A stretch of DNA of 64,000 bases. Source: Candidatus Acetothermia bacterium. Its GTDB lineage: Bacteria > Bipolaricaulota > Bipolaricaulia > RBG-16-55-9 > JANLFV01. Positions 1 through 8,254 of the stretch are shown here, one piece after another. The notes beneath the pieces are model-generated. The model did no database searches, was not told the DNA's origin, and saw only the letters and a list, made by a program, of their open reading frames with translations. The stretch spans positions 4,605 through 68,604 of the forward strand of contig JANLFV010000007.1 in assembly GCA_024653345.1 (NCBI GenBank). The letters are read 5' to 3'. Position 1 is the first letter of the stretch, and each line of letters begins with the position of its first letter. A program made the translations under genes and the position numbers.

Positions 1-350
1 CTCAGGCTCTCCCAAGCGGCCCGGAGGGCCGCCGGCTCGGCCTGGTCCGCGAGGAAGCAGCCGGCATCGGGCCGGGGGATGAGGACCCGCTGGTCGGGTC
101 GGGCGAGGATCGCGGCCGTCTCGGCCATGAAGTGGACCCCGCAGAAGACGATGTAGCGCGCCTCAGTGGCCGCGGCCCGGCGGGAGAGCTCTAAAGAGTC
201 GCCGCGGAAGTCGGCGGCCGCCACGATCTCGTCCCGCTCGTAGTGGTGAGCCAGGATCAGCAATTCCCCGGCCAGGCGGCGCTTGGCCTCCTCGACTTGA
301 GCCTGGGCTTGGGCGAGGGCCGCTTCCCTGGCTTGCTCGATCTTTAGCAT
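1..350 (-). CDS. nadA: quinolinate synthase NadA, N-terminal part (gene runs off the window start)
   Basis: Own minus-strand translation from the ATG at 348-350 gives [77 protein letters not shown]. This carries the conserved NadA blocks [11 protein letters not shown] and FCGVHFMAE. It lies directly upstream of nadC. Confidence 0.8.
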   Translation of the reverse strand, partial: MLKIEQAREAALAQAQAQVEEAKRRLAGELLILAHHYERDEIVAAADFRGDSLELSRRAAATEARYIVFCGVHFMAETAAILARPDQRVLIPRPDAGCFLADQAEPAALRAAWESL

Positions 351-457
351 CGCGGGTAGATACTACCAAAGGCCTGGGCACTTGGCAGCCGACTGTGAAC
401 CGCCCCTCACCTCGATCCTCCCCCAAGGGAGAGAAAGTCATTCAAGCGAGGCGGGGG

Positions 458-1342
458 CTAGCGAATGAGCTCTAGAGAGAGGTCGAGCGCCGGCGCGGAG
501 TGGGTGAGCGCCCCGACGGAGATGTAGTCCACCCCGGTGGCCGCGACCGCGGCCACATTCTCCAGGGTGATCCCCCCGGAGGCCTCGAGCTTCGCCCGCC
601 CCTTGGCGAGCGCGACTGCCTCCTTTAATGTCGGCAAGTCCATGTTGTCGAGCAAGATCCGGTCCACCCCGAGGGCCAGGGCCTCCTCCAGCTCCTCAAG
701 GGTCCGGACCTCTACCTCGATTCCCCCGCCCATCCCCTCCCCCTTCGAGGGGGAGGGCTGGGGAGAGGGGGCCAGAGCCGCGCGAGCCCGTCTCACCGCT
801 TCGGTGATCGAGCCCGCGGCCGCGATGTGGTTGTCCTTGATCAGGACCATGTCGTAGAGCCCCATCCGATGGTTCTGCCCGCCGCCGCACCGGACGGCGT
901 ATTTCTCGAGGGCGCGCCAGCCTGGGGTGGTCTTGCGTGTGTCCAGGATCACCGCATGGTAGGGCGCGACGGCATCGACATAGCGGCTGGTGAGGGTCGC
1001 GATCCCCGAGAGGCGACAAAGGAAGTTGAGGGCCGCCCGCTCGGCAGTGAGGATCCCCCGAAGCGGGCCGGAGACCTGCGCCACGATCGCTCTAGGGGCC
1101 ACCGGCTCGCCGTCCTGAGCCTGGGGTATGAAACGGATTTCAGGGTCAACTCGGCGGAAGACTTCCCCGGCGAGCGGGAGGCCGGCTAGGACGCCTTTGG
1201 CCTTGGCGAGGATCACCCCCTCGCCCTGGGCCTCCTCGGGGACGATCGCTGCGGTCGTGACATCCCCTCGGCGGCCGAGGTCCTCGGCCAGGGCCTGCTC
1301 AATCAAATTGGCCGCGGCTTCGAGGAGGCTTTGGGGCTCCAT
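458..1342 (-). CDS. nadC: nicotinate-nucleotide pyrophosphorylase (quinolinate phosphoribosyltransferase)
   Basis: 294 aa track ORF with NadC blocks LNFLCRLSGIATLT, DTRKTTPGWRALEKYAV, MVLIKDNHI, ILLDNM and ASGGI. It ends in TAG at 458-460. Confidence 0.9.
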   Translation of the reverse strand: MEPQSLLEAAANLIEQALAEDLGRRGDVTTAAIVPEEAQGEGVILAKAKGVLAGLPLAGEVFRRVDPEIRFIPQAQDGEPVAPRAIVAQVSGPLRGILTAERAALNFLCRLSGIATLTSRYVDAVAPYHAVILDTRKTTPGWRALEKYAVRCGGGQNHRMGLYDMVLIKDNHIAAAGSITEAVRRARAALAPSPQPSPSKGEGMGGGIEVEVRTLEELEEALALGVDRILLDNMDLPTLKEAVALAKGRAKLEASGGITLENVAAVAATGVDYISVGALTHSAPALDLSLELIR

Positions 1343-1349
1343 TGGGATC

Positions 1350-2546
1350 TTAAGCCAACTTGGCCCGCAAGCGGGCGCTCACATAGTCGATGGCCCAGAC
1401 GAGCGCGACGACTAAGATGGTGAGCATGCTCGCCTCGGGGAACTGCCAGGAGCGGAGGTGGGCCGCGAGCCGCCAGCCGATCCCCCCGCCCCCGACCACT
1501 CCGATGACCGTGGCCATCCGGACATTGATGTCCCAACGATACAGGGTGAAGGAGAGGTAGGGGTTGATGATCTGGGGGATGATCCCATAGCGGATCACCT
1601 CGAGCCGGCTGGCCCCGGCGGCGGCCACGGCCTCGAGCGGGCCGGGGTCGATGCTCTCTAGTTGCTCGGAGTAGAGCTTGATCAGGTCGGCGATCGAGTG
1701 GATCCAGAGGGCCAGAGCTCCGCAGAAGGAGCCCATCCCCACCCAGACGGCGAAGATGATGGCCCAGATGATCGCATCGACCGAGCGGGTGAGGCTCGAG
1801 ATCGCGCGGACGACGAAGTAGACCGGGCGGGCGAGCGGCCCGCGCATCAGGTTCCGCGCCGCGAGGAAGGAGACCGGCCCGGCGATCACGACCGCAAAGA
1901 CGGTAGCCATCATCGCCATGAAGAAGGTCTCGAGGAGGAGCTTCAGGCCCAGTGTCAGGATGGATGTGTCCGGGCTGGCGAGGGAGCGCCAGAACTTCGC
2001 GGTCTTGGGGGCTCCCTTGATGAGCGCGCTGAGGTTGACCTTGGTGATCCCGAACGCTGCGCCGGAGGTGAGGAAGAGGATGAGCAAGATCGCCCAGCCC
2101 GAGCTGGTCCGATACCACCGGCCTCTGGGGGCATCCGCCGGGGGCTCGCGAAGGACCGTCCCGGTCAGCCGCTCGGCGACCGTCTGCCCCTCGTGATCGA
2201 GGAACGATAGAGGGAACAGCGGCAGCGAGAGGTGCCAGCTCAGCCAGTAGCCGAGCCGCTGGCCGAGAGAGGGGGAAGAGTCGTCCTCTCTGGAGAGCCA
2301 TCTTCCGAAGAGCCTCATCCCCAGGGAGACGCCGAAGCTCTCCCACAGCGCGGCCCCCTCGACGACCGCTAGGGCCATCACCCACCAGGGGACGAGGAGG
2401 TAGGCCTCCTCCCCGTAGAGGATGAAGCTGGTAAAGCAAGTCCCGATCGCCCAGAGGTAGGCGAGAACAAGGAGATCGGCTAGGGGGATGGAGAGGCGCC
2501 GCCCGGCCGCGGCGAACCTCGGCGCTAGAGAGGCGATCCAGTTCAT
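1350..2546 (-). CDS. phnE: phosphonate-type ABC transporter permease (PhnE family) with an extra N-terminal RDD-like membrane domain
   Basis: 398 aa. The C-terminal ~260 aa has PhnE-like blocks (ETFFMAMMATVFAVVIAGPVSFLAARNL, IDPGPLEAVAAAGASRLEVIRYGIIPQI). The N-terminal ~130 aa has TM segments and GVSLGMRLFG. A 4-nt overlap joins it to the upstream phnE. Confidence 0.8.
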   Translation of the reverse strand: MNWIASLAPRFAAAGRRLSIPLADLLVLAYLWAIGTCFTSFILYGEEAYLLVPWWVMALAVVEGAALWESFGVSLGMRLFGRWLSREDDSSPSLGQRLGYWLSWHLSLPLFPLSFLDHEGQTVAERLTGTVLREPPADAPRGRWYRTSSGWAILLILFLTSGAAFGITKVNLSALIKGAPKTAKFWRSLASPDTSILTLGLKLLLETFFMAMMATVFAVVIAGPVSFLAARNLMRGPLARPVYFVVRAISSLTRSVDAIIWAIIFAVWVGMGSFCGALALWIHSIADLIKLYSEQLESIDPGPLEAVAAAGASRLEVIRYGIIPQIINPYLSFTLYRWDINVRMATVIGVVGGGGIGWRLAAHLRSWQFPEASMLTILVVALVWAIDYVSARLRAKLA

Positions 2547-3814
2547 ACGATCTTCTCCCTAACCCTTCCGGAGATGTAGTCCAGGAGCCAGACCACGAGG
2601 CCGATCGCCACGATGATCGCCCCCACCTTGGCCCAGTCGAGCTGGTCCTTGTAATAGAAGAAGAGCCGCCCGATCCCGCCGCCTCCCACGAGCGCCACTA
2701 CTGTGGCCATCCGCACATTGATGTCCCAGCGGTAGAGGGTGAAGGCCAGGAAGGGGGGGACAATTTGTGGGACCACGCCGTAGCGGATCACCTCGATGCG
2801 GCTCCCCCCGGTGGCGGCGATCGCCTCCAGCGGGCCGGGGTCGATGTGCTCCGTCTGCTCGGAGTAGAGCTTTCCCAGCGCGGCGATGGTGTGGATGAAC
2901 AGGGCCAGGGTCCCGGCGAACGGCCCCCAGCCGACCCAGACGGCGAAGATCAGCGCCCAGAGGATCGACTCGATCGAGCGGAAGATGTTGAAGACCCCGC
3001 GTGTCAGGCCGTATACGATCAGGCCGGGCAGGCTGCCGGCCATGATGTTCCTTGCCCCGAAGAAGCTGAGCACGAACGCGATCCCCGCCCCGAAGATCGT
3101 GGCCAACAGGGCCATGAAGATCGACTCGATCAGCGCGCCCACGATCGAGTCATTGAGCCAGGGATCGGAATAGATGAGGAAGGTGAAGTCCGGATGGGTC
3201 AAGCCTTGCCAGAGCCGCGCAGGCCGGGCCGCGCCCGCGATGAGGACGCGGAGATGGATCCCGGTCACATGCCAGCCCAGGGTCACCGTAAGCCCGAGGA
3301 TGGCGAGGGTCATGATCCCCCACTCGGTCCGATACCAGCGGGGCGGGGGCGTGATCCACTCCTCTCTCTGCGGGAGCCTGACGAGCCGGAGCCCGGAGAG
3401 CCGCTCGTGCCACGGCTCGCTCGGGCTGGCCCAGACCCCGATCCCCAGGGGCATGATCGAGATGTGGCTGGCGAGGAAGTGGCGGAGCCTCCTCTTCCGC
3501 AGAGCTGGGCGATCGAGGCCCTCCGCTGCGGGCATTAGCCCCATCGCCCGCATTCCCAGGCTGTGGCCGAAGGAGTGGGAGAGGAGCGCCAGCTCGAAGG
3601 TCGCGATCACCACCACCGGCCAGCCCCACCAGGGGAGGGTGAGCCGGCCATACCAGTCGATGTAGGCCACATACCAGTAGTGGTTGAGCAAGTAGACGGT
3701 CCCGTAGGCGATGTAGCCCCAGATGGACCAATCGAGGAAGAAGGAGAGGACCCGGGCGGTCAGGGGGATGGGAGGCTGCTCAGCGGACCTCGACCTGCTC
3801 TGCTTCCTCTCCAT
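2543..3814 (-). CDS. phnE: second PhnE-family permease, also with an N-terminal RDD-like extension
   Basis: 423 aa, paralogous to the gene at 1350-2546 (IESIFMALLATIFGAGIAFVLSFFGARNI, IDPGPLEAIAATGGSRIEVIRYGVVPQI). The N-terminal region carries GHSLGMRAMGL. Confidence 0.8.
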   Translation of the reverse strand: MERKQSRSRSAEQPPIPLTARVLSFFLDWSIWGYIAYGTVYLLNHYWYVAYIDWYGRLTLPWWGWPVVVIATFELALLSHSFGHSLGMRAMGLMPAAEGLDRPALRKRRLRHFLASHISIMPLGIGVWASPSEPWHERLSGLRLVRLPQREEWITPPPRWYRTEWGIMTLAILGLTVTLGWHVTGIHLRVLIAGAARPARLWQGLTHPDFTFLIYSDPWLNDSIVGALIESIFMALLATIFGAGIAFVLSFFGARNIMAGSLPGLIVYGLTRGVFNIFRSIESILWALIFAVWVGWGPFAGTLALFIHTIAALGKLYSEQTEHIDPGPLEAIAATGGSRIEVIRYGVVPQIVPPFLAFTLYRWDINVRMATVVALVGGGGIGRLFFYYKDQLDWAKVGAIIVAIGLVVWLLDYISGRVREKIV

Positions 3815-4547
3815 AAATCTCCTTGAACTTCGCGTCGTCGATCTCGCTGGGGGAGCCCTCGAAGACGATCCGACCGCCCTTGAGGGCGATGATCCTCGTG
3901 CCGTAGCGCCGGGCGAGGGAGAGGAAGTGGAGCGCGCAGAGCACCGTCACCCCGTCCTGGCGGTTCATCTGCTCGAGATACTTGAGGATCGAGTGGGAGG
4001 TCGCTGGGTCGAGCGCCGAGACCGGCTCGTCGGCCAGGAGCAGCTCCGGCTCCTGCATCAGGGCCCTTGCGATCCCTACCCGCTGCTGCTGGCCGCCGGA
4101 GAGCTGGTCGGCCCTAACGAACATCTTCTCCAGGAGCCCGACCCGCTCGAGAGCCCGCCGGGCCCGCTCCAGGTCCTCTCTCGGGAACCTCCCCAGTAGC
4201 GTGCGCGCCGTGGGGACATACCCCAGCCGCCCGGCCAGGACATTGGCCAGGACCGTCGAGCGCTTCACCAGGTTGAACTGCTGGAAGATCATCCCGATCT
4301 TCCTTCGCCAGCGGCGGAGCTCCCGCTGGGGCAGGGCGGTGAGCTCCGTCCCGTCGAGGAAGACCCGGCCCGAGGTCGGCTCGATCAAGCGGTTGATGCA
4401 GCGCAGCAGCGTGGACTTCCCCGAGCCGGAGAGGCCGATGAGGACCAGGAACTCGCCCTTGTCCACGGAGAAGCTGACATCGTCGAGGGCGAGGACCTTC
4501 CCCCGCTCGTAGATCTTCGTCAGATGGTCAATCGCTAGATGCGGCAT
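3780..4547 (-). CDS. phnC: phosphonate-type ABC transporter ATP-binding protein
   Basis: 255 aa with Walker [13 protein letters not shown] signature LSGGQQQRV and Walker B LLLADEP. It sits inside the phnD-C-E-E operon. Confidence 0.9.
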   Translation of the reverse strand: MPHLAIDHLTKIYERGKVLALDDVSFSVDKGEFLVLIGLSGSGKSTLLRCINRLIEPTSGRVFLDGTELTALPQRELRRWRRKIGMIFQQFNLVKRSTVLANVLAGRLGYVPTARTLLGRFPREDLERARRALERVGLLEKMFVRADQLSGGQQQRVGIARALMQEPELLLADEPVSALDPATSHSILKYLEQMNRQDGVTVLCALHFLSLARRYGTRIIALKGGRIVFEGSPSEIDDAKFKEIYGEEAEQVEVR

Positions 4548-4555
4548 GGGAAGAG

Positions 4556-4584
4556 AGAGGGGGAGGAACCTCCCCTCCCCCTCT
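4556..4584 (-). repeat. perfect 11-bp GA/CT-rich hairpin between phnD and phnC (AGAGGGGGAGG / CCTCCCCCTCT) with loop GGAGGTT
   Basis: Hand-folded on the minus strand. It belongs to the CCTCCCC/GGGGAGG palindrome family also seen at 735-757. Confidence 0.6.
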
Positions 4585-4606
4585 GCTCATCATCTAGGTC
4601 CTACCG

Positions 4607-5677
4607 TCACTTCTGGCAGGTTCTCCCTTCAGGGACAGGGTAGCCCACGAGCTCCCGGTAGCAGTCATAGAAGGAGTCGTCGATGTCCATGACATCGTTC
4701 CACTCGTAGAAGTTGCGGTTGCTCCACAGGACCTGGCCCTCCGGAGAGCGGATGTGGGTCTTCACGGCCTCGACCAGCCAGTCCTCGACGTCCTTGGGGA
4801 AGTCCTCGCAGAAGGTGAGGCTATCGTTGGGCAACGGGCCGAGGACATCGACGATCCCGACCTTCTTCACGATGTCCCAGTAGTCACCGTAGGCCTGGGT
4901 CGCTCCGGCCATGGCGTAGCGGACGTCCTTGACGATCCCGCGGTAGTATTCGGTAGGCAGGGTATTGCTTACCGGATCCCAGACCCAAAGTTCAGGATAC
5001 ATGCCGAATTCCCAGCGCCAGCCCGGCATTATCTCGTTCACCCAGCTGGGCGCAACCGGCGGCGAGCCGTAACCGGTGGCGAAATCGCCCTGCCCCTCCA
5101 TGAGGGCGATGAGGGAGTTGGTGTGGCCGCCGGACTCGACCGTCCCGGAGAAAGTAATCCCGCGGGCGTCGAAGGCCTTCTTCGGGATCACATAGCCGGA
5201 GGTCGATCCGGGGTCGTTGTAGATCCAGACCGTCCCGCTGAGGTCGTCCATCGAGTCATAGCCCTTCTCCCGGAAGGCGTAGATCGAGGCGAAGTAGTAG
5301 GCATAGCCGTTCCGGACTGCCGCGAGGCGGGCGTGGACCTTGGGGTTCACCATGGTCGCCCGGGCGTATTGATCGGTCGTCGGGCAGGCCATGGTATTCC
5401 CCTTGGCCGCGATGAGGGCCTCGACCAGGGCCGCGTAGTCGGCCGCCACCTTGTAGTCGATATAGAGGCCGGTCAGCTCATACAGGTCCTGAGCGATCGC
5501 CCTTCCCGTCTGCTCGATCGTCGCCGGGAGGACCGAGGGGGGCAGGAGCCAGATGATCGGGTTGTCCCTCGTTCCCACTTGGGCCTGTTGCGCACCTCCT
5601 AGGCTCGTGGAGAGCCCCGCTCCGAGTAGCGCCACCAGCACTACCACCAACGCCAATTTGACCGTTAGTGACCGCAC
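4607..5677 (-). CDS. phnD: phosphonate/phosphite-type ABC substrate-binding protein (PhnD family)
   Basis: 356 aa with an N-terminal signal/anchor (LALVVVLVALLGAG). PhnD-like blocks include YKVAADYAALVEAL and DPGSTSGYVIPK. It is the first gene of the operon. Confidence 0.75.
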   Translation of the reverse strand: MRSLTVKLALVVVLVALLGAGLSTSLGGAQQAQVGTRDNPIIWLLPPSVLPATIEQTGRAIAQDLYELTGLYIDYKVAADYAALVEALIAAKGNTMACPTTDQYARATMVNPKVHARLAAVRNGYAYYFASIYAFREKGYDSMDDLSGTVWIYNDPGSTSGYVIPKKAFDARGITFSGTVESGGHTNSLIALMEGQGDFATGYGSPPVAPSWVNEIMPGWRWEFGMYPELWVWDPVSNTLPTEYYRGIVKDVRYAMAGATQAYGDYWDIVKKVGIVDVLGPLPNDSLTFCEDFPKDVEDWLVEAVKTHIRSPEGQVLWSNRNFYEWNDVMDIDDSFYDCYRELVGYPVPEGRTCQK

Positions 5678-5714
5678 TCGTCACCACCTCCTCTTAGTAT
5701 TGAGCGCCGGTTTC

Positions 5715-5744
5715 ATTATATATTCAGATCGCCGCGGCTGACAA
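5715..5744 (-). promoter_or_regulatory. sigma70-like promoter of the phn operon (TTGTCA-N18-TATAAT)
   Basis: Read on the minus strand: ttgtca gccgcggcgatctgaata tataat. This is ~40 nt upstream of the phnD GTG start, which has a GGAGGTGGTGA SD. Confidence 0.5.
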
Positions 5745-5745
5745 C

Positions 5746-6423
5746 TCACCCCGAGCGGAGGAGTAGGGCCTCCAGCTCGCTCCAGTCGCGGACGACCTCC
5801 ACTCCGCCGGCTACGGCGCGGACGCCGTCCCCTGGATGGCGGTCGTCACCTCGGATCAGGATCGCGGGGATCCCGTAGTGCAAGTAGGCCTCGATGTCGC
5901 TCGGCCGGTCGCCAATGCCCGCGTGGAGCGAGCCGAGCTTCGCCAGCTCGCGGAGCGCCTCCTCCTTGAACTGCCGATCGTCCATCCCCCGGCGAGGCTT
6001 CATCCGGAGGAGGGTCGAGCCGTCGCCCGGATGGGGGAAGCCGTGCTCGACCAGCCAGAGCTCGGTCCCCCGGCGCATCGAATCCCCGGGGGCATCGTGC
6101 CTCCCGGTGAGGTAGACGATCCGATAGCCGGCCTCCCGCAGGGCCCGGAGGGCCTCCGCGGCCCCCGGGAGCGGCTCGTCCAGATGGAGGTAGCGCTCGG
6201 AGAGGAAGAGCTGGTAGAACTTCTCCTGCTCCTCCGGCTTGAGGAGGGCCTTCACCCCATCGTAGCGGGCGAGCAGCTCCGGGAGGAGCTCCTCCAGCCC
6301 GAGCTCCTGGAGTGTCCGCCGGAGGCGCGGCTCCGAATTGAGGATGGTATTGTCGATGTCAGTTACGATCTGCGCTGCGCACACGGTGAGATGGATTCTA
6401 CATGAGTGCCGATAGTTTTTCAA
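5746..6423 (-). CDS. HAD-superfamily hydrolase
   Basis: 225 aa with DxDxT motif I (VTDIDNT), LTGR and GDRPSD. The true start may be the internal GTG just before the DIDNT motif. Confidence 0.6.
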   Translation of the reverse strand: MKNYRHSCRIHLTVCAAQIVTDIDNTILNSEPRLRRTLQELGLEELLPELLARYDGVKALLKPEEQEKFYQLFLSERYLHLDEPLPGAAEALRALREAGYRIVYLTGRHDAPGDSMRRGTELWLVEHGFPHPGDGSTLLRMKPRRGMDDRQFKEEALRELAKLGSLHAGIGDRPSDIEAYLHYGIPAILIRGDDRHPGDGVRAVAGGVEVVRDWSELEALLLRSG

Positions 6424-6456
6424 AATCGGTCGATGGTGCTAGAATAGGCCCCTAAG

Positions 6457-8239
6457 GTGATGGACATCACCAAAGCCCGGGGCCAATTCCAGCAGCTGCT
6501 CTGGCAGAGCCTCCGTCTTAACCTCCTGGCGATCCTCATCGGGGGGCTCGGGGGCTGCGGGGCGATCCTCTTCCGTTGGCTCCTGGCTCTGATCAACGGC
6601 CTCTTCTTCTTCCAGCGGCCTTCGCTTCACTTCCTCTCCCCGCTCGAGCACCGGCTCGGGCCGTGGGTGCTCCTCATTCCAGCGGCCGGGGGCCTGCTCG
6701 TGGGGCTGATCACCCGCTATTTTGCTCCTGAGACCAAGGGTCACGGGGTCCCCGAGGTGATGGCAGCGATGGCCGCCCGGGGCGGGCGGATCCGGCCGAG
6801 AGTGGTCCTGGCCAAGGCCCTCGCCTCGGGGATCTGCATCGGGAGCGGCGGCTCCTCCGGGAGGGAGGGGCCGATCGTCCAGATCGGCTCAGCCGCCGGC
6901 TCGGCCCTCGGCCAGCTCCTCCGGCTCGGCTCCCAGGACCTCAAGGTCCTCGTCGGCTGCGGGGCGGCCGCTGCGGTCGCGGCGACCTTCAACACCCCGA
7001 TCGCGGGGGTCCTCTTCGCCGTCGAACTGATCCTCCTGGAGTTTAAGACCCGCTCGTTCGTCCCCCTGGTGATCGCCTCGGTCTTCGGCACGGTCGTCTC
7101 CCGCACGGTCTTGGGAAGCCAGCCGGCCTTCTCCATCCCAGCTTATGCCTTCCAGCACCCCGGCGAGCTGGTCTTCTACCTCATCCTCGGGCTGCTCTCT
7201 GCCCTTATCGGAGTCCTCTTCATCGAGGCTCTCTACCGGGCGGAGGACCTCTTCGAGGGGCTGAAGCTCCATCCGGTCCTCAAGCCGGCCCTAGGGGGGG
7301 CTCCTCCTCGGGGCGGTGGGGGTCTTCTTCCCCCGGGTCTTCGGGGTGGGCTACGAGACGGTGAGCGGGATCTTGGAGCAGCGGATCGGAAGCGTCGGAC
7401 TCCATCTGATGGGCTTCCTCTTCCTCCTCGCCTTCCTCAAGATCTTCGCCCTCTCCCTCACCCTGGGGAGCGGCGGCTCCGGGGGAGTCTTCGCCCCCTC
7501 GCTCTTCATCGGGGCGGCCTTCGGCGGGGCCTTCGGGATCGTGGTGAATCTAGCCTTCCCCCTCGTCGCCGCCCCCTATCCCGCCTACGCCCTGGTGGGG
7601 ATGGCCGCCCTCTTCGCCGCCGTCTCCCGGGCCACCCTCACCTCGATCATCATGCTCTTCGAGATGACCCGGGATTACAACATCATCCTCCCGCTGATGT
7701 TCGCCTGCGTAGTGGCCGACATCCTCGCCTGGCTGATCCATCCGGAGACGATCTACACCAAGAAGCTCGCCCGCCGGGGGATCAGGATCGAACAGGACAT
7801 GGAGATCAATGTCCTCAAGACCAGGCATGTCGGGGAGGTCATGACCCACAAGGTGGAGACGATCCCCCAGGAGATGCCCCTCTGCGAGGTGCGGGACCGG
7901 ATCCTCGAGACCGGCCACCAGGGCTTCCCCGTGGTCGATGGGGCGGACCGGCTGGTGGGGATCATCACCGGCAGGGATGTGATGGCCCAGATCAAGCGGG
8001 ACAAGAATCTCCCCGCAGGGGCGGTGGCCCAGCGGAGGCTGATCGTGGCCTATCCGGATGAGACCCTGGACCTAGCCTGGGAGCGGATGGGAAGGCACGG
8101 GATCGGCCGGCTACCCGTCGTGGCCCGCGAGGACCCTCGAAGGCTGGTCGGCTTCCTCACCAAGGGGGACCTGATCCGCTTCCGCAAGGGGGAGGAGCAG
8201 CCCCCCATGGCCGCGGATCGCGCCCAGGGCCAAGATTGA
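6457..8239 (+). pseudogene. ClC-family chloride channel/antiporter with two C-terminal CBS domains, frameshifted at a G7 run
   Basis: Track ORFs 6457-8061 (frame 1) and 7316-8239 (frame 2) together give ClC motifs GSGGSSGREGP, GVLFAVE and GGSGGVFAPSLFIGA plus the CBS region. Frame 1 becomes Pro/Arg/Gly junk after ~7300. Deleting one G from 7294-7300 restores LKPALGGLLLGAVGVFFPRVFGVGYE. Confidence 0.8.
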
Positions 8240-8254
8240 GGCGGAGGTAGGCCA

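Noticed and set aside
163-441. 92-aa ORF reading MTFSPLGEDRGEG...
   Set aside because: It overlaps the nadA 5' end in another frame and runs through the nadA-nadC spacer. The SPLGE.RGEG string is the translation of a GC-rich palindromic repeat, not a protein.
1303-2439. 378-aa alternative-frame ORF inside phnE, and similar internal ORFs in 2765-3731
   Set aside because: These are out-of-frame overlaps with Arg/Pro/Gly-rich composition. The PhnE frame carries the family motifs.
7300-8061. Continuation of the frame-1 ClC ORF after the G7 run (Pro/Arg/Gly-rich, 250 aa)
   Set aside because: This is an out-of-frame read-through product. The real ClC/CBS sequence is in frame 2.
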